64,000 bases of DNA, from assembly GCA_951406725.2 (NCBI GenBank), contig OX597817.1, forward strand, positions 42,470,001 through 42,534,000. Direction: 5' to 3'. The DNA comes from Octopus vulgaris. Lineage: Eukaryota. The position numbers and the translations under genes were made by a program. The notes beneath the pieces were generated by a model, which was not told the DNA's origin, made no database searches, and saw only the letters and a list, made by a program, of their open reading frames with translations. Each line of letters begins with the position of its first letter. Position 1 is the first letter of the stretch. Positions 1 to 12,814 of the stretch are shown piece by piece.

Positions 1-285
1 GCCGATGCCAGCGCCGCCTTGACTGGCTTCTGTGCCTGTGACACGTAAAAAGCACCAACTGATCGTAGCCACTGCCAGCCTCCCCTGGCACCTGTGCCAG
101 TGGCACGTAAAAAGCACCCACTCCACTCATGGAGTGGTTGGCATTAGGAAGGGCATCTAGCTGTAGAAACACTGCCAGATCAGACTAGAGCCTGGTGCAG
201 CCTCCTGGCTTCCCAGACCCCAGTTGAGCCGTTCAACCCATGCTAGCATGGAAAACGGTTGTTAAACGATGATGATGATGATGAT
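1..285 (+). mobile_element. Non-autonomous repeat with RTE-type 3' tail ending in (GAT)n (family R), 5'-truncated
   Basis: Internal GGCACGTAAAAAGCACC subrepeats and tail GGAGTGGTTGGCATTAGGAAGGGCATC...CCATGCTAGCATGGAAAACGG..GTTAAACGATGATG, shared by about 10 copies in the window. Confidence 0.8.
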
Positions 286-1214
286 TTTTGTTTCTGTGAC
301 GCTCGCGTAGAAAGTGTAATATCAAATGGTAGCAAAACATGGGCATTGAAGGCTTGAATGAAATTAAATGGCATGGTCCACTGGAGGACCATCTTGTGCT
401 TTTCCCTTGCTTAAGCAGCCTATCTCCTCAAATTGTTTCATCCACCTTGTGGTGTTGTAACAATAGGGTGCTTCCTTGTCAAAGCTGACATGAAAATATC
501 TCTGGACAGTGGCTACTGATAAAGCTTTTGCTTATTCAAGTACACAATATGCTCTCTCACTGATGCTGCCATACTGAATAACAGCACCCCTAGTGAGCAA
601 TTCAGAAAAGGCAAGATAACTGTGTTGCCAAACAAAACCTGGAAAGTTAACCTTTCATGTTACATCTGTATTGTTGCAATATACTCATTAAAGCACTCAC
701 AGGTGTGTTTTCATTTTGTACCATTCATTATGAATTACATTGTATTATGTTAACATGTTTGAATGAGAAAATGCAGATGGTCTGAGGGCAAACACAAGCA
801 TCAAAAGAATCTGTTGTAATATGTAATGTCATCATCATCATCATCATCCAGTGTTTTAAATCCGGGTTTTGTCCCCGTTAACAGGGGTAGCCGGATATAT
901 CTCAATGCCATAGCATCTGAGGTAGGCTGTGCAACCCACCCTAACCTTTGAGCTGGCTGGTGCCCATTCTCCTTTGCTATCATGAGGCTTTTTTGGAGAT
1001 GGATTTTCTACAGGGAGCATGCCCTTGCTTACCCACAACCTCAGTTTCTAGACATGAGTAGTCCAATGACCAAGGCCTCTACCACGATTTTTAAGAAATG
1101 TGGTGGAAAACTAGCTCAGGAAGGCAGGGACGCTACTCCCTGAGACCCCTTTCAGAGACACCCCTATCTAACATGTGATGTAAAATTTGATTTTTGAGTA
1201 AGAAGTATCACAAG

Positions 1215-1392
1215 GCCAAATTTGACTGAAGCCTGCAAAAAGGGAAGACGAAAGATGTGGAGAGAAATTTTGAAGGCTGATCTCAGGAAACTAGACAAAC
1301 TAGACCTCACAAAAGGTGTGAAAAAAAATTATAACAAGTGATAAGACCAAGCCATTCTAATCCACAGCAGCATGGAAAATCATGTGTAAAAG
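1215..1392 (+). mobile_element. Degenerate RTE-clade LINE 3' end
   Basis: Translates to GR.KMWREILKADLRKLD (RTE RT C-terminal motif), followed by a CAGCATGGAAAA tail like family R. Confidence 0.55.
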
Positions 1393-3145
1393 GTAATATA
1401 ATGATGAGGCTGTTTTCAGCATTGTAAATCATTAAGCTAGATGTGAATTTCCAGTTACTTCATCAATCTACAACTGCATCGTCTTCTCACTGGTCTTATT
1501 TCTCATTTCTGTCACCAAGTAAACAGGAGTGGAAACATGTTTGTCTAAATTCAAATCTATATCTGACAAATCATTCCGATATTTCTCTAAGCAACATTAT
1601 TGCAGACATAATAATTACCATTAAATGTTCTTAAAGAATAACATATTCTGGCATTTAATTGACACAGGAGCAGAGAAGATGATTGATTTTTTTTTAAAAG
1701 CATTTACACACTTCCTATAAATAGATTCTATAATGCAGAACTAGAAAGGAGACACTGATGTAGTTACCTGACACCTATTCTTGGAAGGTATAGTTGTCTA
1801 GTTTGATACAACCATTAAAACAAAGACCATGCTGGAGCAATATCCTCATTATATGTCAGTGTGAAATATAAGATATTTAAGAGAATGATAAACAAGAATT
1901 GGGATTTCTCTTCCTTTCTTAAAGGCATTAGCAACATAAAAGAATCTAATTATAATTTTTCCAAGTGTTACTTTCATCTGCAAAGATGAAAAGTCTTCTA
2001 ATATTTATATCTACATCTTAATCTTTTTGATCATTTAACTCTCTTTGATCTGCCATTTATCATTAGGTGTCTTATTCAGTAATTGTGTACATAGTACAGG
2101 ATTTGATTTGAACTCGGAATTGATATTGCTAAATTGGCTTTGATAGTATTTATAATTATAAAGATTCTGATTTCGAGTCCTGTCCGGTATTATGTACATA
2201 TCCAGTTAATTGGAGGCTGTCTTACAAATAATAAAAAAAATATGAGAAATACAAAGGAACGGAAAAGAAGGGAGATAAGAAAGGAAAAGAAAGAAAAGGG
2301 GTAAAGAAAAATAAAGAAAAAGGTGGGGAGTAAAGCAGCAGATTATGGAGGGGGAGGAGTGATGGGCCACATACCCCAAAACAAGTGGGGTGCTCAGCCG
2401 CAGTAATGACCATGATGGTGTTGCTGCAGAGAATGGTCAGTGACACTTACTGCAGCATCCACTCCTCCTCACAGGGCTCAATTCTCCGATGGGCCACCGT
2501 TATCCCTATTTTGGCAAAGGAAATCTGTAATACAGGGTGCAGATCATCATCATCATCATCATCATCATCACCATCATCATCATTATCATCATCATCAGCA
2601 TCATCAGCAGTTTTATTGTCTACTTATTCTAAATCACATGATCACATGACCGACCAGGCTACCAGATGCTGTTACACATCGCTGGTCACAATGCGTTTTT
2701 GCATTGGTATAGCCTTCAAATAATGCCACTCTGCTGGCTAGGCAAGCAGGCCAACATTACCCCCCACTCCGGATTGAAGTGGGGCTGGAGCAATGTGAAA
2801 GGAAGTATTTTGCTCAAGAACACCATGCAATACCCAGTCAGAGAATCAAACTCACGATCTAGCAATCATGAGTGCAATAGCTGAACCTTTAGGCCACATG
2901 CCTTCACATTTATTCTACACAGCTAATGTAAATATTCAATTATAACAATCAAAATTTACAAAATATTCTTCAAAAGGAGAAAGTAACCAAAGGACCTGGT
3001 GCTAATGTACTAAATGGAGTAAACAAAAAAATATCATTTTAATTAAAATTAAATCTGTAGTGCAGATGAAAAAAAAATGATTAATTAGTTTAATGATTAA
3101 TTCTGCTCAAGAAAGGCAAGAGAGACAACCCACACAATTTTAATT

Positions 3146-3563
3146 ATCTTTTATCTTTTTCTTTTCTTTTACTTGTTTCAGTCATTTGACTGCAGCCATG
3201 CTGGAGCACCGCCTTTAATCAAGCAACTCGACCCCGGTACTTATTCTTTTTGTAAGCCCAGTACTTATTCTATCGGTCTCTTTTGCCGAACCGCTAAGTA
3301 ACGGGGACATAAACACACCAGCATCGGTTGTCAAGCAATGCTAGGAGGTGAAACACAGACACACAAACACACACACGCATATATGTATATATACATATAC
3401 ACGACGGGCTTCTTTCAGTTTCCGTCTACCAAATCCACTCACAAGGCTTTGGTCGGCCCGAGGCTATAGTAGAAGACACTTGCCCAAGGTGCCACGCAGT
3501 GGGACTGAACCCGGAACAATGTGGTTGGTAAACAAGCTACTTACCACACAGCCGCTCCTGCGC
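3146..3563 (-). mobile_element. tRNA-derived SINE family A (Octopus-SINE-like), full length
   Basis: Head GCAGGAGYGGCTGTGTGGTAAG..GGGTTCAGTCCC (A/B boxes), internal (TA/TG)n, tail GAAACAAGTAAAAGA; many copies in window. Confidence 0.9.
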
Positions 3564-3664
3564 TAATTTAAAATAGAATGCAATATGATTATTTTTGATG
3601 CTACAATGTTAACTATAGACTTGTCTTAGTTTTATTAGTACTCACCAACAAAGAGTACTCTTAC

Positions 3665-3688
3665 CAATTATTAGCAGGTGTAAGAAAG
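3665..3688 (-). other. Candidate 24-nt microexon (alternative donor would extend it to 3646)
   Basis: Minus strand: ~60-nt AG-free tract with CACTAA branch-like site, ...tatcgctttcag|CTTTCTTACACCTGCTAATAATTG|gtaaga; second donor gtgagt 19 nt downstream; two open frames (FLHLLII or FLTPANN). Confidence 0.4.
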
Positions 3689-3888
3689 CTGAAAGCGATA
3701 CAGAGAGTTTTAGTGAATAAATAGTGTGGAGCAGAAAAGCCATGGGATGGCAGCTGCATGAAAAGCAAGTAATAAAGTCAATACTTGCTTATATTATAAA
3801 TTATTTCATGTACTTGTTTCCAGAAAAATTACTTTGACAAACTTTAACAGATATATTTACCAAAATTACATAAAAATATCTTGAAATA

Positions 3889-4295
3889 GGCATAGGAGTG
3901 GCTGTGTGGTAAGTAGCTTGCTTACCAACCACATGGTTCCAGGTTCAGTCCCATTGCGTGGCACCTTGGGCAAGTGTCTTCAACTATAGCCTCGGGCTGA
4001 CCAAAGCCTTGTGAGTGGATTTGGTAGATGGAAACTGAAAGAAGCCTGTCATATATATGTATATATAGATGTAAGTGTGTGTATATGTTTGTGTGTCTGT
4101 GTTTGTCCCCACCCAACATCACTTGACAACCGATGCTGATGTGTTTACATCCCCGTAACTTAGCAGTTCAGCCAAAGAGACCAATACAATAAGTACTAGG
4201 CTTACAAAGAATAAGTCCTGGGGTCGATTTGTTCGACTAAAGGTGGCGCTCCAGCTTGGTCACAGTCAAATGACTGAAGCAAGTAAAAGAGTAAA
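3889..4295 (+). mobile_element. tRNA-derived SINE family A, full length
   Basis: Same consensus as 3146-3563, opposite orientation. Confidence 0.9.
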
Positions 4296-4605
4296 AAAAA
4301 AGAGAAATACTAAAGAGTAAATTTATTCAATGGAAATTACTTCATCATCATCATTTTAACATTCATTTTTCCATGTTTGCATAGGTTGGACAGAGTTTAT
4401 TGAGACAGATTTTCTACAGGGAGATGCCTTTCTTGTCACCAATCTTTACTTATTTCCAAACAAGGTAATATGTACCCATAGTCAGACATGTTTTCACAGA
4501 ATACTGGAAATGAATGACATTCATTTACGACAATTCCATAATGTCAAGACAAGGAAACACAAAACACACAGACACACTTACACACTGTACATAAATATAT
4601 ATCAT

Positions 4606-4812
4606 CTTCATCATCATCGTCATTGTTTAACATCCGCTTTCCATGCTGGCATGGGTTGGACGGTTTGACTGAGGCTGGCAAGCCAGGAGGCTGCACCAGG
4701 CTCCAATCTGATCTGACAAGGTTTCTATAGCTGGATGGCCTTCCTAACACCAACCACTCCATGAGTGTAGTGGATGCTTTTTACATTCCACTGGCACGGA
4801 GCCAGTCAGCCG
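4606..4812 (-). mobile_element. Family R RTE-tailed repeat
   Basis: Reverse complement of the family R tail with (CAT)n. Confidence 0.8.
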
Positions 4813-4831
4813 GCATATATGTGTGTGTACA

Positions 4832-5272
4832 TATTCCTGGAGGGACCGAGTGCCAAACAGAGTCATCCTGGAACAGACTAATATGCCAAACATGTATGCC
4901 CTCCTCGTGCAGAGACGACTGCGCTGGCTCGGACACGTCTGCCGCATGCAGGACGGTCGCATGCCTAAAGACATCCTGTACAGCGAACTCACCACAGGAT
5001 CCTGACCCAAGGGACGTCCACAGCTACGATACAGGGACGTGTGCAAGCGCGACCTGAGGACTGCCAACATCTGTGTGGACACGTGGGAGGAAACAGCTGC
5101 TGACCGCTCTGCCTGGCGTTGGACGTTGAGGAAAGGCGTTTCCATGGCTGAGGAGAGGAGAGCACAGCTGTGGTTGGACAGGCGGGACAGGAGGAGGACA
5201 ACTGCAGCAACACCCCACACGTACCCATCGATGTTCGTGTGCAGCAACTGTACCAAGGACTGCCACTCTAGA
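4832..5272 (+). mobile_element. RTE-clade (BovB-like) LINE 3' coding fragment, pseudogenised
   Basis: SWRDRVPN..ILEQ..RRLRWLGHVCRMQDGRMPKDILYSEL..G*PKGRPQLRYRDVCKRDL..WE..AADRSAWR, then CxxC; one in-frame stop at 5003-5005. Confidence 0.9.
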
Positions 5273-5327
5273 ATTATATATCATCGTTTCATCATTTAAC
5301 GTCCGCTTTCCATGGTGGTGGTGGTGG

Positions 5328-5365
<38 letters not shown>

Positions 5366-5374
5366 TTGATGATC

Positions 5375-5963
5375 AAAGTGACATTGGCTTCAAATGCTTC
5401 GAGCGCATCAGAACAGACTTCCACCCTTCTCTCCTTCAGATCAAGTGTCAACTGCCAAAGTACTCACTTTGCACACACTTCATGATACTCAAAGTCTTCT
5501 CCAACCTTTTGTAATGTATTGTGACCATAATACAGCCATGCAGTAAGCTCAAGGCTTGCTTACTATGTGTCATCTGTCCATGTGAATCAACTCCGCCATT
5601 CACTGGCAATTTATGTCAGTGACTGCAGCTGATGGTCTCCTACTGCACAGTTTGTCATCAATGCTAGTTTTCCCTTCTTTAAATTTCTTCATCTATTTGT
5701 GGGCTTTCCTCTTTCAACAGTATTATCTCCATAAGCAACTTGTAAATTTATGCAGTTATTGGACAGCTTACACCTTCCTTTGTCAACCATTCAGCGTTAC
5801 ATGTTGTTTCTGCTTGGAGCCCATTATTTGCATGTAATATGAAGAATACGTAGGAGAGTTATTATAATAGAACTGTTATTCTACCAACATGTGCAGTTTG
5901 AATGACATTAGTTAATAAAAGAAGTCATTCCCATTTTTGCATTATCTTCAGAACAACACCTGT
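5375..5963 (-). mobile_element. Degenerate mariner element, 5' half
   Basis: TACAGGTGTTGTTC terminus; HTH-like LQVAYGDNTV..KKFKEGKTSIDD and VCAK*VLWQLT (decayed WVPxxLT motif). Confidence 0.65.
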
Positions 5964-6044
5964 AGTAAATTAAATAAAGCAATAATTTCTGTATACAATG
6001 TATGTCAAAATGTGCATCATAAACCATATATCTAAGCTTTATTA

Positions 6045-6243
6045 TAATTATTTTGGTTTATCTCAGGTTCAGTCTTATTCCTGGTAGGGATTATGTGGAT
6101 AGCAGGTTACTACCTGTAGCATTAGGAATCCACAAGTTTTCAGCAGTCTTTCAATTGCTTAGGACCCTCCTGATAATCTTTACTGTCCCTAAGAGACAAA
6201 CTTTCTGTAGGAGCTCTACCAGGCATTCTACTTCAATCTTCCT
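6045..6243 (-). mobile_element. R4/Dong-like LINE 3' end next to (TTA)n
   Basis: ELLQKVCLLGTVKIIRRVL* matches the R4/Dong C-terminal LQKxxLLGTxxIxR motif. Confidence 0.7.
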
Positions 6244-6287
6244 TATTATCATTATCATCATCATCATTATTATTATTATTATTATTA

Positions 6288-6318
<31 letters not shown>

Positions 6319-6332
6319 AAATTATTATTATT

Positions 6333-6550
6333 AAGGTGGTGAGCTGACAGAATCATTAGCACACTGGTTGAAATGCTAAGTGGTATTTTGTCTAACACTG
6401 CTATGAGTTCAAATTCCGCTGAGGTTGACTTTGCCTTTTATCCTCTTGGGTGGCGGGGTCAATAAATTAAGTACCAGTTGAGTACTGGGGTCGATGCAAT
6501 CGACTATTCCCTCCCCCAGATTTCAGGCCTTGTGCCTATAGCAGAAACGA
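6333..6550 (+). mobile_element. SINE family B (central GTCGACTTTGCCTTTCATCC..GGGGTCGATAAATTAAGTACCAG domain)
   Basis: Head GGYGGYGAGCTGGCAGAA..GAGTTCAAATTCC; many homologous copies in window. Confidence 0.8.
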
Positions 6551-7149
6551 TTATTATTATTATTAGTAGTAGTAGTAGTAGTAGTATTGAGTGAGAGAGC
6601 AGTGCATGCCATCAAAGTGACACTGGAGTAAAATATACGAAGCCCAGTATATCCATCATGACTACCCGTCTGATAAGGGTACTCGAGGCATATGCATCAC
6701 AACCATGTGTGCACGACATGGTGATCTCATATCAAGATAAACAGCACATGACCTTGCAGGTGGGGCCCAGTTAGAATTTTCTTCTGGTTGAGTAACCCAT
6801 CCTGCTCAAAAGCTCCTTGAACAAGGGTTATTTAAGGATGTTGAACAAAACACCCATGTTTCCAGAGGTGAATTATTCAAACCCCAAAGAATCCCTCTCA
6901 ACACATAGCTATGATGATTCTCCACTACTTCTGCTCGTGGTCAGAGATGCATATATCATCAGCCACTAGTGGACATGGTCAACTGGTTAAGGTCAAACAA
7001 CTGACAAGCTAATCTGTGATATTGAGCAGAATATTTGCTGTAGCCCATCTTTTATACCAAGTCAAAACAATGTACATGATAACACTTCCAATCAGTTAAG
7101 ATCAGAAGCCATGAGAGCCACTGTCTGATACTACATCAGGGTATTTATT

Positions 7150-7184
<35 letters not shown>

Positions 7185-7189
7185 TTATT

Positions 7190-7495
7190 ATTGTCTTTGC
7201 ACAGCTTCTAATGCTGGAGATGTTCTATGGTGCCAGTTGTTTACTACCAGCGACACCCCTTATTTTTCAAGCACCATCCAGAGTATTCGAGCAGTTCCAA
7301 GCAGTGCTGTTTTCTGTAAGTGCTCCACCCTTATTGCAGCTCCTATTTGTTCCATGTACTTCTCAAGATTTTTAACTCACTCTTCCCAGGGCTCTGGCAA
7401 TTATTGGTACTACTACCACCATTCCCCTTGACCACAACTGTTTAACCTCCCAAGTTAATCTGTCATATCTTTCGGCTTTTCTTTCTTCCTTATCG

Positions 7496-7497
<2 letters not shown>
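7190..7497 (-). mobile_element. R4/Dong-like LINE endonuclease C-terminal fragment next to (TTA)n
   Basis: KEERKAERYDRLTWEVKQLW..VVPII..ALG...EHLQKTALLGTARIL; abuts (TTA)n at 7497-7538. Confidence 0.8.
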
Positions 7498-7541
<44 letters not shown>

Positions 7542-7904
7542 TTTTTTTTCTTCTTTCTTCAAATTTTCTTCCATTTCTTGCTGAGTATTTTCCATACACC
7601 TAGGGCAAAGAAGCTCATTCTATGCATTCCTAGATTACACATGCAAATTCACAGGTAAAATATGTATTTAAAAAATACAAACCTGGAAGGTCACTTAAAC
7701 AAGATTTGTCCCAAATTAAACCCCCAAAATTCACCACCACAACGACCACAAAATCAAAAATGTAAAAGAACTAAATGGAACTGAGAAGAATATAAAGAAG
7801 TACAAAGAAGAACAACGTTTATATACCAATAATGCACTGGGGTCAATTTATCGATTATAGAAATCCCTAACACCTGATGAAATTAATACCTGTGTATATG
7901 TAAA

Positions 7905-8157
7905 CGTCACCCTTTTCAAGCCTAGCCAGGCTCATGGGCCCGGTTTCCCGATTTCTGTGGCGTATGTGTCCCCACCAGCTGGACGGGACACCAGTCCATC
8001 GCAGCATTACTCAAGAAACAGGAAGAGAGAGTGAGAGAAAGTTGTGGTGAAAGAGCATAACAGGGGTCGCCACCACGCCCTGCCAGAGCCTCGTGGAGCT
8101 CTTGGGGTTTTTTTGCTCAATAAACACACAACACCCGTCTGGGAATCGAAACTGCAT
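7905..8157 (-). mobile_element. SINE family C fragment
   Basis: Homologous to 37159-37455 (GATGGACYGGYRTCCCGTCCAG...ATGAGCC..GGCTTGA). Confidence 0.7.
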
Positions 8158-8789
8158 CTGTCTATACATACGTATGTAAATATTCCATATATCAAAATCT
8201 CTATTTACGGCATATATGTTGTTGTTTAGCTCCAGGACAATCTTAATCAAGCAAATCACTAGTCACAGACATTCTATTCATGACCAACCTGTCTTTTCCT
8301 TGAGCATAGTACATGCAAGCCTACATTTTTTAATGCATTTCTTCGAAAACAATAGGAGATAATTTAATGATGAATTGGCTTCTATTTCTAGTAGGTTAAA
8401 TGACCTCTTGAAAGCTCCTTTATTGGCTCATATAATATATGATAATATATGCACTGGTGAAGGTGGAGATTGAGTTAGATTGGCAGCATCAGTAAAGTGA
8501 TAAAGTAGCGATAAATTGCATTGCGGTATTTAGTTACGTTCCTCTACCTTCAGAATTCATATCCCACCAGGATTAGCTTTGCCTTTTATCTTTTCAGGGT
8601 CGATAAAATCAGTACCAATCAAGTACTGGGGTCGAGTGAATTTGACTGTTTCCTGACCCAAATTTGTGGCCTTATGCCAAGCTTAGAAATCAATATATGT
8701 ATATGTGTGAACTGGTCTGTTTGTAAGGGCATAAGACACTGAGTGAAATAAACTTGCAATAGAGTGTATATATGTGTGCAAACGAGAAG

Positions 8790-8790
8790 A

Positions 8791-8827
<37 letters not shown>

Positions 8828-9460
8828 GGAGAGAGGGGTGGAGGGAGAGCGAGAAAGAGTGTATGTATGTGTATGAAAAAAAGAGAGGAGAAATGGAAAG
8901 AGAGAGGGAGAGAGAAGTGTATGCTCAGAAGGAGAGAGAGTATGAGAGAAAGAGAAGGAAGTGAGGAGAGAGTAGTGTGTGCAGTGAGAGGGCGAGAGAG
9001 AGAGAGAGGGAAATGTATGCAAGGACAGACATAAACAGAGAGACAGAGATAAAGAGTCAGAGGCAGAGAGGCAGAAAGTGACAGAGAGAGAGCGCAAGAG
9101 AGAGAGAGAGAGAGACAAAGAGACAGAGGGTGACAGAGAGAGAGAGACAGCGACAAAGACAGGGAAAGACAACAGAGAGACATAGAACATAGTGTGACAG
9201 AGATAAAGACAAGAGAGCAACAGAGAGAAACAGATGCAGAGAGACAGACAGAAAAAGTGACAAACACAGACAGAGACACAGAAAGTGACAAACACAGACA
9301 GAGACAGAGAAAGTGACAAACACAGACAGAGACAGAGAAAGTGACAAACACAGACAGAGACGGAGAGTGACAGAGGAAGAGAGCAACAGAGACTGAGAGA
9401 TAGAGAGAGATACAAAGAGAAACAGAGAAACACAGAGACAGAGAAAAACAAAGGGAGAAA
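8790..9460. repeat. Degenerate (GA)n/(GACA)n tract with short tandem units
   Basis: Purine-rich run; repeated GAAAGTGACAAACACAGACAGAGACA units at about 9250-9362. Confidence 0.9.
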
Positions 9461-10087
9461 GAGTAATATAACAGAGTTTTATCAGATTTTCAACCTGCAG
9501 AAATTTTCTGACTTTCTGTATCTAATAAAAGCATTTTGCTGATCTTACTCTCTTCTATGTCATATTAAATCTAACACCTTAGGTTGTCTCACAAACTTTT
9601 AAATGAGATTTCACATACTATTCAGCTTAGAACACGGTTTTTGTCTCCTTCCTAATATTTTTGTTCCTTTATCATTTCTAAGATTTTTCATTAGTTTTTT
9701 TTTCATTTTTTTTAACCCCTGTATTCATTATTGCATATGCTTGTTTTTTTTTCTTGTCTTTTCTCCATTTGTGTTGCAAGCATTATTCATTTGAGAAGTA
9801 ACATGTCTTTTCTTTTATTCGTTTTTTTTTTTTTGTCTTTTATTATATTTTAATGATAAAAATATCTCATGACACAATTCCACCAACGTTTTGCAGTTTG
9901 CTTGTTCTTCCTAATCATGCTTACATGCCAAACAACCAAACAACCAACTTCCAAAACAATTTCCTTTGTCATTTGAAATTAGAAATTTTCCACAACACAC
10001 CTCAAGAAATGGTTGGAGACAATTTTAAATTAAGCAAATGAAAACGAAAAAAAAACACACACACACACACCCTATGGCATCATTAAT

Positions 10088-10323
10088 AAAGAAAGAAAGA
10101 AATAAAGAAAGAAAGGAAGGAAGGAAGGAAGGAAGGAAGGAAGGAAGGAAGAAAGAAAGAAGGAAGGAAGGAAGGAAGGAAGGAAGGAAGGAAGGAAGGA
10201 ATGAAGGAAGGAAGGAAGGAAGAAAGAAAGAAAGATAGAAAGAAAGAAAGAAAAAAGAAAGAGAGACAGAAAGAAAGAAAGAAAAAAGAAAGAAAGAGTG
10301 AAAGAAAGAAAGAAAGAAAGAAA
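10088..10323. repeat. (GAAG)n/(GAAA)n microsatellite
   Basis: Direct inspection. Confidence 0.95.
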
Positions 10324-10397
10324 CTGGTACAAGAAAGACATTTCTATTCTACAGCTTATTTCTTCCATCTCTTTGAAATACTGTTGTTGAACATATA

Positions 10398-10639
10398 TAC
10401 AGGGTGCAGCAGAAAGAGTGCCCTGATTTCAAAGGTTAATAAAAAATAAATACATGAAGATGCATCAAAAAACTTTATATTTCTATGAAATTCATTAAAT
10501 GCCATTTTTTTTTTTTTTTCTGTTTCAGATAGTACCCACTATGGCCTGAAATGGAGAGCATTGCTCTTTCATGTATCTTCATGCGTTTGTTTTTTTATTA
10601 ACCTTTGAAATCAGGACAACCTTTCAGCCACACTCTGTA
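10398..10639. mobile_element. Tc1/mariner-type MITE
   Basis: TA-CAGGGTG...CACTCTG-TA ends; ~65-bp imperfect TIRs including CCTGATTTCAAAGGTTAATAAAAAA and its reverse complement. Confidence 0.75.
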
Positions 10640-10672
10640 TATATGGATATATATGTGTGTGTGTATGTGTAG

Positions 10673-11003
10673 TGAAGGCATGTGGCTTAGTGGTCAGCCT
10701 TTTTAGCACAGGGTCATAAAGCCGTGAGTTCAAATCCTAGCATGGGGGGAGTCTTGTATCCTTGGGCAAAACACTTTATTTCATGCTGCCCCCTCAGTCA
10801 TCTCAGCCAGCAAAAATGAGTTGTACCTGTAATTCAAAGGGGCCAGCCTTGCCACATTCTGTGTTGTGCTGAGTCTCCCTGAGAGCTACATTAACAGTAT
10901 GCATGTCTGTGGAGTACTCAGCCACTTGCACATTAGTTTCACAAGCAGGCTGTTCGGTTGATCGTATCAACTAGAACACTCACCATTGCAACCGACAGAA
11001 TGT

Positions 11004-11005
<2 letters not shown>
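10673..11005 (+). mobile_element. tRNA-headed SINE with CORE-like CCTTGGGCAAAACACTTTATTTCA segment
   Basis: A box TGGCTTAGTGG, B box GAGTTCAAATCC; related copies at 29245-29508 (-) and 33284-33620 (+). Confidence 0.75.
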
Positions 11006-11083
<78 letters not shown>

Positions 11084-11200
11084 TCTTTATATGTTACAGA
11101 AGAATCTCTGTGCAGTGATTTCTTGGTGATACAACATCCAAATAAATTAAAATTAGTGAATTAAACGAAGCAGTAATTTCTGTATATAATATATTTCTAA

Positions 11201-11466
11201 ATCATCATCGCCATCTTCATCATCATCATCTTTATCATCATCATCATCATCATCATCGCCATCGTCGTCGTCGTCGTCGTCATCATCATCATCATCATCA
11301 TCATTATCATCATCATCATCATCATCATTATCTCATCATCATCATCACCATCACTGTCATCGTCATTATCATCATAAACAGCATCATCACCACAACCAAT
11401 GCTATCCTCATTCCGTTGTTATCACCACCACACCAGTATCATCAATGCCACCACCATCAGCATCAC

Positions 11467-11504
<38 letters not shown>

Positions 11505-11548
11505 GCATCAGCATCAGCATCAACATCATCCCCATCATTATCATCATC

Positions 11549-11630
<82 letters not shown>

Positions 11631-11660
11631 CCCCCCCATCATCATCATCATCATCACCAC
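11201..11660. repeat. (CAT)n/(CAC)n trinucleotide array
   Basis: Source of the poly-H/I/S/M ORFs. Confidence 0.95.
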
Positions 11661-12037
11661 CACATCCACTTTTTCATGCTCGTATGAGTCATCAGATGGA
11701 ATTCATTGATGTATGTTTTGTATGGCTGAATGCCCTTCCTCTTGCCAAGCCTCACTTGTTTCCAAGCAAGCTAATATTTCCCCATGGTTGGAAATGTTTT
11801 CATGCAAGATTGGAAACAAATGACACTGCTTGTAAGGTGGGGATACTTATTTACGGCCATTATGCCATGTCATGACAAGAAGGCAGAAACACAGGAACGC
11901 AAACACACATTCATACATACATACATACATGCATACATACATACATACATACATACATACATACATACATGCATACATACACACGCACACACACATATAC
12001 ACACACACACATACACACACACACATACATACATACG

Positions 12038-12233
12038 TATGAGGGGGTGCTGAAAAGTCCCTGGCTTTAAGGGTATCATGAAAAGTTCTTTTACAGGGCT
12101 TAGAAAAACTGAAGGACCACTGCAATAAGTGTGTGAATCTGAGAGGGGAATATGTTGAATAAAATCATAATTAACTGATCCTCCTATGTTTTCTTTTGCC
12201 CAATGCCAGGAACATTTCAGTACCCCACTCTTA
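12038..12233 (+). mobile_element. Mariner-derived MITE (family M)
   Basis: TIR GAGGGGGTGCTGAAAAGTYCCTGGCTTT; retains transposase C-terminus GLEKLKDHCNKCVNLRGEYVE*; copies at 31029 and 48368. Confidence 0.85.
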
Positions 12234-12277
12234 CAAATATGAATGTGTGTGTGTGCGTGTGTGTGTTTGTGTGTGTG

Positions 12278-12329
<52 letters not shown>

Positions 12330-12461
12330 GATCTATTTATCTATCTATATATATATATATATATATAATTAATAATATCAGGGTAATAAAGATTTTAGAA
12401 ATTTTTACTACCAGTGGCCTAGCATGTAGAAAAATTAGTTAATAGACTATATAATATTCAT

Positions 12462-12763
12462 ATAAATAGTGTACATTTAAACACATAAGAGGTATCCATC
12501 ATAGGATTTCTGGCATGCTAGAAGGAACAGCCAAAATCCAAACCTCTATTAGAGATAAACTTCAAAGGGAATGAAAAATAAAAACATTTACCATCTATCT
12601 CCTGGACCATGGTTTCTGACTTCTTTTTTAAATAGATGGTACAAGTTTTTATTTTTCATTCCCTTCGAAGTTTATCCCTAATAGTGGTTTGGATTTTGGC
12701 TGTTCCATCTAGCATGCCAGAAATCCTATGATGGATACCTCTTATGTGATTAAATGTACACTG

Positions 12764-12772
<9 letters not shown>
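12462..12772. repeat. Foldback inverted repeat, ~135-bp arms
   Basis: GTGTACATTTAA..ATAAGAGGTATCCATCATAGGATTTCTGGCATGCTAGA... mirrored at about 12632-12770. Confidence 0.85.

Positions 12773-12814
<42 letters not shown>

Noticed and set aside
11399-11875. Poly-His/Ile/Ser/Met ORFs (also 2385-2723 and 19511-20145)
   Set aside because: Translations of (CAT)n microsatellites.
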